Assembly: GCF_006345805.1 (NCBI RefSeq)
Contig: NC_043012.1
Coordinates: forward strand, 2,728,001-2,792,000
Length of the DNA: 64,000 bases
Source of the DNA: Octopus sinensis
Lineage: Eukaryota
Direction: 5' to 3'
Notes under the pieces: generated by a model
The model's database searches: none
Seen by the model: only the letters and a program-made list of their open reading frames with translations
Told to the model about the DNA's origin: nothing
Shown: positions 51,554 to 62,681 of the stretch, piece by piece
How the letters are laid out: each line of letters starts with the position of its first letter
Numbering within the stretch: the stretch's first letter is position 1
Translations under genes and position numbers: made by a program

Positions 51554-51698
51554 GATACGACGGGCTTCTTTCAGTTTCCGTCTACCAAATCCACTCAAAA
51601 GGCTTTGGGCGGCCCGAGGCTATAGTAGAAAACACTTTCCCAAGGTGCTTCGCAGTGGGACTGAACCCGGAACCATGTGGTTCGTAAGCAAGCTACTT
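51378..51698 (-). mobile_element. SINE family A body; its head lies at 52977-53002, split off by an insertion
   Basis: Starts exactly at aagtagcttgcttacgaaccacatggttccgggttcagtcc on the minus strand. Confidence 0.9.
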
Positions 51699-52976
51699 TA
51701 TTTCAATGATTTTGCCATAAAGGCAATACACAGAGGGGACGCTACAGCACATGTGGGGACATATAATAATTAAAAATATATAAAAATAAAATATGATACT
51801 ATGAATGACATGAAAATGAACACGAAAAAAATCAAAATATTAATGATATCTTGCAAATGAAAATATGAAAAGTGTGTTACTCACCCCACACTGAGTAACA
51901 CCACTTGCTACCTCTGAGTCCTAAGTCCTCCTTAGCCTCTAGTCCAGTCCTTTTTCCGTTTTCCCCATCGCTGAGTGACAACATTCTCGCCTCCATGTAG
52001 ACGTGACCTTTTTTTTCACTGGGAAGGGGAGGTCTTCTACATTTTGTGGTGTCTGTTTTTTCTTTTTCTTTTTTTTTTGTGGGGAAATGGGGTGGGTGGG
52101 TTTGTTGTCTGTATGGGGAGGATGGATCTGAGTGGTTCTGGGTGGGATGGAGTTGGACTGGGGTACCACATCACAATCAGCCTTCTTTCTTTTCTTCCTC
52201 TCTTTTCTCCTCCGTCTCCACAACTGGTTTGTCTGTTGTTTCCTCTATTGTTTTCTTCTGAAGAGGGCAGTATGCTCTAATGTGGCCCTTTTGGCCACAT
52301 TTAAAGCAACGCGGGACTCTGCCCTCCACCCACACTCTTAACACAATTTCTCCCAACGTCACCGTCTCCACCAGCCAAGCCACTTCTATATCAGGTGGGA
52401 TTGCTTCCACCCTTACCTTGAAAGTATTCCTTCCAAGATAGGTGAGCAGAAGCGCCACTTCTTCTGTCCCCGCAGTCACACTCGCCAGCCTCCTCGCCTC
52501 TTCCACTGTCCTAAACTGGACGACCACTGTCCCGTTTTATATCCTTTGGTTATATACATTATTTGGTTTGACTGTTTCCTTAGCGCTTTCTCTATTATTT
52601 CCACTTCCACTTGTTCAGCTTTTTTGTTCTTCAGCGAGTGCATCCTATAGGTGATAGTCTTCCTCTCCATTTGCTCCATAATTCTTTTAGGCGGCGACAA
52701 CTTCACGTCGCCACCCACCTTCTGCGTCATTTTCCCATATTCCTTCAGTCCAGCCAGGTCTACGTCCTTTCTCTTCACCTCCGCCGCCTCAGAAAAAAAC
52801 TTCTTGTTTTCTCCAACATTCCGTCCATTCTTCTCACCGCCTTCGTCAGCTCCTCCTCCGATGAAGACAACTCAGACCCGCTAAAGTCTGAGTACTTTGT
52901 CTCTGAACGCAGCAACAAAAATCAACGTCCGACAAAAACACAAACAACAAACCAAATGAACTCTGGGTAACCGGAA
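51699..52976 (-). mobile_element. Non-autonomous Tx1/L1-like element carrying only a disrupted gag-like ORF1
   Basis: ORFs 52476..52778 and 52177..52527 include LRVWVEGRVPRCFKCGQKGHIRAYC (CX2CX4HX4C knuckle); no ORF2. AT-rich 3' UTR with hairpins gtgttactca-8-tgagtaacac and ttgcc-5-ggcaa, ending gaaataaa; flanked by SINE-A halves with a TSD. Confidence 0.8.
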
Positions 52977-53290
52977 GTAAGCAAGTTCCACACAGCCACT
53001 CCGAGAAAATTGTTAAAATATTCTGAGTATTTTAAAAGTACAACCAGTTCATAGTACAACAATTTTAGCAAGAAAGTCTTATGTGGATCCCCAAGGGTCA
53101 TACAGACCTTAGTTGACAATCACTGCTTTAGATTGTATTCGAGTATCGATATTTTAGACCAGTAATTGGATATTTCTGGTGAACACATTGTATTTTCTCT
53201 TAGTAATTGTGTGGGAGTGGTTAACCCTTTGTGACTTGCGACGAGACAACCTCCTCGTTTTATGGAACAAAATCTGTTTTAAAGTGATAA

Positions 53291-53584
53291 TGTTTGTTCC
53301 TTCTCGAGCCACGCCTGGCTCATTAGGGCCGGTTTCCTTGGCGTATCGGTTCCCCACCTGGACGGGACGCCGGTCCGTTGCAGGTGAGCTGCAAGATGCA
53401 CGAGGAAAGAGTGAGAGAAAGTTGTGGCGAAAGAGTCAGCAGAAGTTCGCCATTACCTTCTGCCGAGCCGCATGGAGCTTAGGTGTTTCGCTCATAAACA
53501 CACACTTAGCCCGATCTGAGATTCGAACCCGTGATCCCACGACCGCGAGTCCGCTGCTCTAACCACTAGGCCATGTGCCTCCAC
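53291..53584 (-). mobile_element. tRNA-headed SINE family C
   Basis: A box tggcctagtgg, B box ggttcgaatct, tail gagccaggcgtggctcgagaaggaacaaaca; gtgataat repeated on both flanks. Confidence 0.9.
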
Positions 53585-53679
53585 TTAACGTGATAATATT
53601 TAATGTAATACCTTCCATCATAATTTAATGTATGAACCATTTGTTGTATTTCCAACCACAGATTTCATAATAATCCTTC

Positions 53680-53890
53680 CTGCTGGAGACACAAGGCCTC
53701 ATATTTATGGGGAGGGGGCTACTCGATTACATCGACCCCAGTGTTTCGCTGGTACTTAATTTATCAACCCCGAAAGGATGAAAAAGCAAAGTCGACCTCG
53801 GCGGAATTTGAACTCAGAATGTAGCGACGGGCGAAATATCGCTAAGCATTTCGTCCAACTTTCTGATAATTCTGACAGCTCGCCGCCCTT
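53680..53890 (-). mobile_element. SINE family B (short-tail); similar copies about 400-550 (+), 24250-24460 (-), 26260-26470 (+), 61370-61590 (-), 63190-63400 (-)
   Basis: Head ggcggcgagctg.cagaa.., core gaggtcgactttgc.tttcatcctttcggggt.gataaattaagtaccag. Confidence 0.85.
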
Positions 53891-56034
53891 ACACTCTTCA
53901 TAATAATGCAAAAGTTTCCTTAACTAAAAATCTTGCCAAATTGCTGATTAATTAATTTCGCAGCTGAGAGTCATAGAATGTGTATGTTGTAGGGAAATAT
54001 AAGTCTATGCGCAGACGTGGGTTGTGGTAAGAAGTTTGTATCTCAACCACATGATTCCGGGTTCAGTTCCACTACACAGCACCTTGGGCAAGTGTCTTCT
54101 ACTATAACCTCAGGCCAACCAAAACTTTGTGAATGGGTTTAGTGAACGAAAACCGAAAGAAGCTCGTTGTGTGTGTGTGTGTGTGTGAGACCACTGCTTG
54201 ACAACCGGTGTTAGTGTGTTTACGCCCCCGTTACTTAGCGGTTCAGAAAAAGTGACCAATAGAAATAAGTACCGAGCTTAGAAAAGAATAAAGGGATTGA
54301 TTCGTTCGACTAAAATTTTTCAAGGCCCCAGAATGGCCGCTGCCTATTTGCTGAAACAAGTAAAAGATTATCACGAATGCATTAATTATATATAGCGGAA
54401 CAGAACGATGGATGAGGAAAACATAACTACACACATACTTGCCTTGATACGGCAAATAAACTAACACTTACACATGCAAATACACACAAACACGCAAGCA
54501 TGAAAGAATTTTGAGTTGGATAAGCAACTGTTGAATCGTTTTCCGGTCATGCTGAGATCAATGCAGGTTGCACTTCGTTCAACCTCAACTTTTACTAATT
54601 GATTCCTGCAGGGAAAAGAAAACGTGGACTGAAAGAGAATTCCAGATGATAGCCCTGTGGCGGGATTGAGAAATACACTTATTACTACGTTAGCTTTAGA
54701 AATGAAACATAGAACGGATGATGAAAAATAGAGGCGGATACATCGAGTAAGTGTAGCGGTGACTCGAAACCTGATCGCTAGATACGCGGTCAGACATCAT
54801 GACTGAATCACCCTAGTTTCACGTGATCGGTTAATTAACCGACCAATCAGCGTGAGGCAATGGCATAACATGGTTTTCCTCGAACATTCTAAAATTTGGA
54901 TTCCGGTTCCCAATAAAAGCCGTTTGGCACGTAGTTTAAATGGCAGACAACCAGAGTCCTCTGTTGTCATGAAGAGAGTACAGTGATTTCGTATATGTTA
55001 GGCCGACAGCATGTTCCTGTACGAACAAGCAGTCGGCTCCTTTTGCTGAACCGCTAAGTTACGGGGACGTAAACACACCAACACCGGTTGTCAAGCGGTA
55101 GTGGGTGATACACACACACACATACCAGGTGCGGTCCCAGGAATTTTTCGAAGGAAGAGCAAGAGTACAGAAGGGAATACAATTCCAGGAGAAAAGGGCG
55201 TAATAACATTATTTAGAAGGGCGCACTTTTTTTCTTGAGGGGCACACGTGCCCCTCACGCCTCCCTCCGCCATCCTTGGGTCCGCCCCTGCACACACACA
55301 CACACACACACACAACGGGCGACTTTCAGTTTCCGTCTACCAAATCCACTCACAAGGCTTTGATCGGTCCGAGGCTATAGTAAAAGCACTTGCCCAAGTT
55401 GCCACACAGTAGGACTGAACCCGGAATCATGTGGTTGGGAAGCAAGCTTCTTACCACACAGCCACACCTGCACCTATGAACGCTCCCACTGGTGCTAAGT
55501 CACTCTTGACATTATAAGGCCCGTGAAAGACTGAATTTTAAGTCTTTCTCCATTTGTATTCATAAGATATCTACACACAAGTGCAGTCGTCCAACACTGG
55601 AATAGTTTTTTCTCGATTGTTTTTAACGAGAAATTTAAATAAATAAACAAACAAACTGATTATTTGATTTAAATCTCCTATTAAAAAAAAATCTAGTCTC
55701 TTGCAGTCGGGGAAAACAGAAATAATATTATTACGAAGGAATATTCCATCTGGAAGATGCAATAGAATTTATAATTATCAACAGAATATCCGTTATAAAA
55801 ACTACAACAGAAATATCTTGTGAAAGAACAAAATGAACACAATATCCGATTATTTCCGTATTTTTACCCACGCGAACTTGTCGGTTGCTTTGGATTTGTG
55901 GTTTCTGTCTAATTAATCCATTGATTAATTAATTCTGAATATAGAACAATCTACTTATGTGTAAACCACCTCTCTTTGACGTGAGGATACATATATACGT
56001 AGTACGTACGTACGTGTGTGCGAGTGTGTGTGTA

Positions 56035-56427
56035 CAGAGGTCGTCGTCGACTTACGACCACAATTGGTTCCGACTGACTGGTCGTAAGTCGGCCTACACA
56101 GCTTTGTTTTATATTTTAACATTCTCAGGTAAAAGTTACACACAGAATTCTGTATTATACTATTATGTCAAAACTTTCGGAATCTCAAGCAGTCGTCTTA
56201 TAAACAAATACGAGGTTACCTCGATGTCTCCGCGACAGGATTGTCACCCAACACAGTGGCGATCGATAACCAAACCTAGGGGAAGCGTTGTTAACTGACA
56301 TCCTCCGTAGACGGGTTAATTTCTAAGAAATTAAACCCATTAGATTTCAACTGAACTATTTATTATTGTTGTTGGGAGTTGGCGCGCCAATCGTCGTAAA
56401 GACGATCGGTCGTAAGTCGACGACGAC

Positions 56428-56430
<3 letters not shown>
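56035..56430. mobile_element. Tc1/mariner (pogo/Tigger-like) MITE
   Basis: TA flanks; TIRs CAG(AG)GTCGTCGTCGACTTACGACC / GGTCGTAAGTCGACGACGACCTG, plus a subterminal inverted copy at about 56048-56091. Confidence 0.85.
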
Positions 56431-56501
<71 letters not shown>

Positions 56502-56780
56502 GATTGAGACTAGAGGTGTAACCGTATCAATGTAGCTCTTCGTGCCACTAGCTTACTTTAGGAGAGAATGGCAACAGCTCAGAAAGTTCGTACATAAGAC
56601 TAAAGCAGGTGCCACCCTGAAATTTGCGTAGGCATTGCTGTGTGGTAAGAGGCTTGCTTCCCAACCACATGGTTCCAGGTTCAGTCTCACAGTGTAGCAC
56701 CTTGGTCAAGTGTCTTCTATTATAGCCGGCGAAAACCTTTGTGAGTGGATTTGGCAGACGGAAACTGAAAGAAGCCCGTC

Positions 56781-56835
<55 letters not shown>

Positions 56836-57184
56836 TTCCTTCATTGTTTTACTTGTTTCAGTCATTTGACTATGAACATGCTGGAGCACCCCCTCAAAGA
56901 GTGTTAGTTGGACAATCGACCCCAGGATTTATTCTTTGTAAGCATAGTACTTATTCCATCGGTCTTTTGCCGGACTTCTAAGTTACGGGGACATATAAAC
57001 ACATCCCCATTGTTTGTCAAGCGATACACACATATATACGACGGGCTTCTTCCAGTTTCCATCCAAATCCACTCACAAGGCTTTGGTCAGCCTGAGGTAT
57101 TAGTAAAAGACACTTACCCAAGGTGCCAAGCAGTGGGATTGAACTCGGAACCATGCGGTTAGAAAGGAAGTTCCTTATCACACA

Positions 57185-57240
<56 letters not shown>

Positions 57241-57377
57241 GTGTGTGCGTGTGTATCTATCTCCACTGTTATTTTTTTGTTCCCAACTTTGACCCTCCAT
57301 AAATCCTAAATTCTCCCAGGTTTACAATAACATACTTATTTCGAAACTCCACTGTAACATTATTACAAATTAGTGCC

Positions 57378-57759
57378 CACCCAGAATATTTTTGAAGCAG
57401 CCCCAGGCGATGGGTCTGACGACACGGCAAATCACCGAATTGAGAACACAGTGCAACTGTATCCAGTTGAACCCTCATTCGTATGAGTCCACCAACAACA
57501 AATATATTATATATAAAACGGAGAGAGAGAGAGAGAGAGAGAGAACAGATTTGAGAAGACTATGCTTCGACGCTGAGGTCTAAGTACACACCCAGAAGAT
57601 TTGAAGCAGCCCAAGGCACCAATGTCGGGCGACGGGTCTGAGGACACGGCAAAACATCGAACTGAGGACACAGTTGCACTTTGTCCTGTTAAACCCTCGT
57701 TCGTATAAGAGTCCACCTACAACAAATAAATCGTATATAAAACGGAGAGAGCGAGAGGA

Positions 57760-57823
<64 letters not shown>

Positions 57824-57860
57824 GCTTGAGAAGACTATGCTTCGACGCTGAGATCTAATA
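57378..57860. repeat. Two-unit tandem repeat (about 210-270 bp) with an internal (AG)n
   Basis: Both units share cacccagaa..gaagcagccc..gggtctga(c/g)gacacggcaaa..gagtccacc.acaacaaata..aaaacggagag..ttgagaagactatgcttcgacgctgag. Confidence 0.88.
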
Positions 57861-58441
57861 AGAACGAAATATCTCTTTTGTGTCACCTTTCCAGGTAATA
57901 CAGTTCCACTTTCAACCCTTGGCATGAGAATTAATGTTTACTTTGAGAGTCACAACTGCAGCTCGGTTTTGTGTGGGGGCGTGTGTGTGTGTGTGTGGGT
58001 GGGGGGAGTGTGTGTGTGTGTGGGTGGGGGGCGTGAGTGTGTGAGAAAGAGAGAGAGAGTGTGTGTGTATGCTTATCCAACTATCACTCATCGTTAAAAC
58101 ATTAAAGAGATTACACCCTATCACTATATTTCTGTTATATAAGGAGGTACTATAAAACGTAATACTTCATTTAATAATATGATGATTGCACTGTGCAACT
58201 TGCACCCACTAATTATTACACTATATAATTATCAAACAAGTCAAGAAAAGTGCAATAATCACGCATTTTTCTTCCTTTTCTTTTCTTTTTTTTTTGCCGA
58301 ATAAAAACTTAGCAAGCACCATCAGTGTAAAATGTCACCTTAATTTATTTCTAAACAGGATCAAGAGTAATTTTATGTTCGAGGAAGTCTGAAGCATCTT
58401 GTCCTCGAGTCACCTGCTGGTCTGTGGTACTGCAACAATAA

Positions 58442-58856
58442 GGCGGCGAGCTGGCAGAAACGTTAGCACGCCGGGCGAAATACGTACGTTACGTTCTGCC
58501 GTTACGTCTGCCGTTACGTTCTGAGTTCAAATTCTGCCGAGGTCGACTTTGCCTTTCATCCTTTCGGGGTCGATAAATTAAGTACCAGTTACGCACTGGA
58601 GTCGATGTAATCGACTTAATCCGTTTGTCTGTCCTTGTTTGTCCCCTCTATGTTTAGCCCCTTGTGGGTAATAAAGAAACAGGTATTTCGTCTGCCGCTA
58701 CGTTCTGAGTTCAAATTCCGCCGAGGTCGACTTTGCCTTTCATCCTTTCGGGGTCGATTAAATAAGTACCAGTTACCCACTGGGGTCGACTTAATCCGTT
58801 TATCTGTCCTTGTTTGTCCTCTCTCTGTGTGGCCCCTTGTGGGTAGTAAAGAAATA
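58442..58856 (+). mobile_element. SINE family B dimer inserted as one unit
   Basis: A single 16-bp TSD ggtactgcaacaataa (58426-58441, 58857-58872) encloses both units. Confidence 0.9.
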
Positions 58857-59080
58857 GGTACTGCAACAATAATGTGACATATGGCTTCGGATTTCACTGA
58901 GCTAGAAGGACTCCATCTAGATTAACATACATAAGAGCTGATAGATGGTCTATTTTGAGAACTTTCGACTGTGTAGTTATTACCATGTTCATGTCGCTAA
59001 TTCCTCTCAAGAACTCAACACTAATAAGTCGTGAATAGCTAATTAATGGGCGGAGGAGCAGTATCCACTTTATTCTACAA

Positions 59081-59230
59081 CAGTTGTGGGCAACTTGCGG
59101 CCCGCGGGACTTTCTGCATGGCACACCTTGGGAAAAATTACCTTGAACTTTTTTTTTCAGTAGTGCAGTCCATCTGATGATGATCCAGGTCTCATGCAGC
59201 TCGCTTCTCGAAAAAGATTGCCCATGTCTG
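59081..59230. mobile_element. hAT MITE
   Basis: Termini cagttgtgggcaac / gattgcccatgtctg; 8-bp TSD ttctacaa / ctctacaa. Confidence 0.8.
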
Positions 59231-59549
59231 CTCTACAATTTCTGATGACATCTATTAGAAAGAGAGAGAAAGAAAAAAATCAGGGGGATGATAATGCAGC
59301 TTCTCCATAATTAAGAGGTATTTCAGAAGGCCAGTATCACGCATATCAAAGTCACACATATCTTTTAGTAAAGATTTAGACTCTTTTACGTTCAGAAGTT
59401 TCAAGGATGTTAATGTAATAACTACATCTTTGAAACAACTTAATTCCGTTGACCAAGTATGTGGAAACTTATCGCCGAAGTCAACGGCGAGTCTTTTCGT
59501 TTTACTATATAAAATTCTAATTTTCTATCTGATGAACTTTGAGTGATGC

Positions 59550-59769
59550 TCTTTTACTCTTTTACTCTTTTACTAGTTTCAGTCATTTGACTGCGGCCAT
59601 GCTGGAGCACCGCCTTTAATCGAGCAACTCGACCCCGGGACTTATTCTTTGTAAGCCCAGTACCTATTCTATCGGTCTCTTTTGCCGAACCACTAAGTGA
59701 CGGGGACATAAACACACCAGCATCAGTTGTCAAGCAATGCTAGGGGGACAAACACAGACACACAAACAT

Positions 59770-59800
<31 letters not shown>

Positions 59801-59968
59801 CATATACGATGGGCTTTTTCCAGTTTCTGTCTACCAAATCCACTCACAAGGCTTTGGTCGGCCCGAGGCTATAGTAGAAGACACTTGCCCAAGGTGCCAC
59901 GCAGTGGGACTGAACCCGGAACCATGTGGTTGGTAAGCAAGCTACATACCACACAGCCACTCCTGCGC
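59550..59968 (-). mobile_element. SINE family A, full-length CpG-intact copy
   Basis: Complete head to (AAAAGAGT)n tail. Confidence 0.92.
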
Positions 59969-60128
59969 TATGATTTACATATTTTTTCTACATGTATGCC
60001 TTTGTAATTCCTATTAGTAATGAGACATGTAATACAGAATAGTCATTTAAAAAGGTTGCAAGTAGCAACGACAGAACTCTGACAAAACAAAAACAAAACA
60101 AATTAAACTATCGATTTGTTAATGCCCA

Positions 60129-60205
60129 CGGGCATATGGCGTAGTGGTTAAGAGCATGGGCTACTAACCCCAAGATTCCGAGTTCGATTCTAAGTAGTGA
60201 ACTGT
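60129..60205 (+). mobile_element. Short tRNA-derived (Ser-like) SINE head
   Basis: gggcatatggcgtagtggttaagagc..ctactaacc..gagttcgattc has A and B boxes but no intact acceptor stem. Confidence 0.6.
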
Positions 60206-60369
60206 TGCAATACCAGATTTGACACCGAGTATTATTCTCATCCCATTGCTAACAAAAACTACGTCTGTTTCAAGTAAGCCCCATTAAGACCCATAGGTGA
60301 TGAGATGTTTAGTAGCAGCTTTCTAATCAATGACGTCAAAAGCATAAATAGGGATTACTTTCCTTATCA

Positions 60370-61080
60370 CTTTCAAATTTTCTGGCGGGTAATCAATGTT
60401 CGGGTTTGTTGATTCCCCAGTCAGAACAGAAATGTTGTCATCTATTTGTTAGTTTATAAGAGTAATTATCGCCACATAATTATTTCTTTAACACTGGTGC
60501 AGAAATATAGACCAATTCCAATCTCAATACCAAATTTTGTTTAGACGTTCCTGTAAAGCAAAGTGCTCGGAGTATGGCCGGTCATTCTGGGCTATATAAA
60601 ATGTAAAACGGTAACTAAAACTTCTATCTTTAGATGCGAAACTTTTATGGCATAAGACAATTTTCAAAGACCATCTGCACTAACTCTATTTTCTGCACTT
60701 AAAGTAGCACTTTGAACTTTTGAGAATTTGACAAACTTTTATTTTTCTGAGACACTTCAAGCATGTACTTCGATCGGTTCTAAAGATATTTGGTACATCT
60801 ACTATTCCTTTAACAGCCTCGAGCTCTCAGATATGTAAAATTTCGGATATTGCTTGTTAGTTGTTCTTTAAACCCAAGTTTATCATACTTTAAGTCAAAA
60901 CCAGGAATAAGTTTCTTTGTATTTCTTCCACATTACCTCAATCCAAACACCTCAACCGCGATATAAGCCTGGTTTCAGAATAGCTTTTAGGCTCCGTTAG
61001 AAGATTTGAACTAGATGAAGGCAAAATATAGTTTTCGTTATTTTTACCGTTATCAGTCTCTTGTATGTTATTTTTGTTGC
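60370..61080 (-). mobile_element. Degraded hAT transposase fragment
   Basis: Minus strand gives FYIAQNDRPYSEH..LQ and NISVLTGEST, resembling hAT (ZNF862/KIAA1586-type) AYxIAKxxRPF and ISVLxDEST motifs. Confidence 0.5.
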
Positions 61081-62632
61081 ACCTTCAGCCAATTCACGAA
61101 GAAAAGAATCAACTTTGGTTGTTTAGAAGGCATAGAGTTGTTAGTAAGATAAATTTGCATTTGTATATATCATGAAAATGCAGACGCTTCGGGAAGTATG
61201 AAATAAATCGTTTTAAGGATGGGTCTTGAAGTGGATACAGCAATAAATAATAATATATTGGGTAAATAAACAAACTTGAAATAGAAGTTGAAGGTTAGGT
61301 TCATGCCAAGCAAGTTGCCTTCGACCCTTCTTCCCCACCCCATCCAAGGGTTTTTTAATCCAACGTTTCTTTCTACTATTGGTACAAGGCCTGGAATTTT
61401 GGGTGGGTGGGTGGTGGTAATAGTTGATTACATCGATCCCAGTGTTCAACTGGTATTATTTTATCGACCTCGAAAGGAGCAAAAGCAGAACCAACTTCGG
61501 AATTATTTGAACTCAGAACGTAAAGAACCGGAAGAGATGCTGCTAAGCATTTTGTCTGATTCACTAACAATTCTAATAGCTCGCTACCTTTTTTTAAAAT
61601 CCAATATATATATATATAACATGCTATTATTTATAGCTGTATTCATTTCGAAATCACACCTATAAATGACTTATTTCACTTTTATATAACTGAGTAATCC
61701 ACACGTCACCGTCCACAACAGAAATAATCATAAAAATGCGATTGAATCAGAGCAGACGACAGGGTCTGATGCATCACCGCCATCAGTGTCTTGCCAATCT
61801 CTTGCATATTTTGCGCTGCTGACAAGCCTTTTTGATCTGCATTTATTTTTATGCTTCTTACTGTTGATAACGCAAAATTTTGAAAGTACTCTCAAAAGAG
61901 GAAGTGATGAGAATAATTTTTTTTTTTAATGGAATTGAAAGATTCGGAAATAATGGTTTACAACAAATACAGTCAATTTGCGATTATTCTCATCGCCCGG
62001 CATTTGTTCATACGTGTGTAAATCCGTCGCCTGCAGACATGAATTTTAAATTTAATAAAAGCTAAAAAAAAAAAAAGGCTTCAATTTTTATATAATACAA
62101 ATAAAAAAATAACATTTGGAAGTGAAGCCAGAGCGGCACTCCGAGTCTTATAACAAACACGTAAACTTGAGTGTGTGAGTATATATATACGCGCAATTAC
62201 ACACACACACAAATTCCGCGAGCCCCGGCTCACAAAATTGAATCTTAATCTGATCCACTACAAACTCCATTCATTCTGCGTTCATGATTTTACTTTCGCA
62301 GAAGTCCCATCGTCCTCGGTGTTTTTCCGTAGCAGTTCTCGCTAATTTGTCTCTGTGGTGCCTTTGTTCCTCATTACTTTGTTAAAAAGGTCACAGCAGA
62401 CATATACCGTAGATAATATATTTCTTAGGTTTGTACACTATCTCTTTCTCTCTCTCTGAAGGTAACATCTTATTAAGTTTCTTTATTATATATATATATA
62501 TATATAGATATATTATATATATATACTGTGTGTGTGTGGTTGGTGTGTGTGTGTGTATGTATATATATATATATGTGTGTGGGTGTGTGTGTGTGTGGTA
62601 TGTATATATGTATATTACACACCACACTATAT

Positions 62633-62681
<49 letters not shown>

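Noticed and set aside
53179-53562. 127-aa ORF (and the 133-aa ORF at 46142-46543)
   Set aside because: Both run through SINE family C; no protein motif.
54780-54960. CACGTG, CCAAT and TTTAAA motifs suggesting a second promoter
   Set aside because: Too few motifs and no supporting downstream exon.
60129-60205. Possible functional tRNA gene (also the SINE heads of families A, C and D)
   Set aside because: A and B boxes are present but the cloverleaf and acceptor stems are not intact; these are SINE-type heads.
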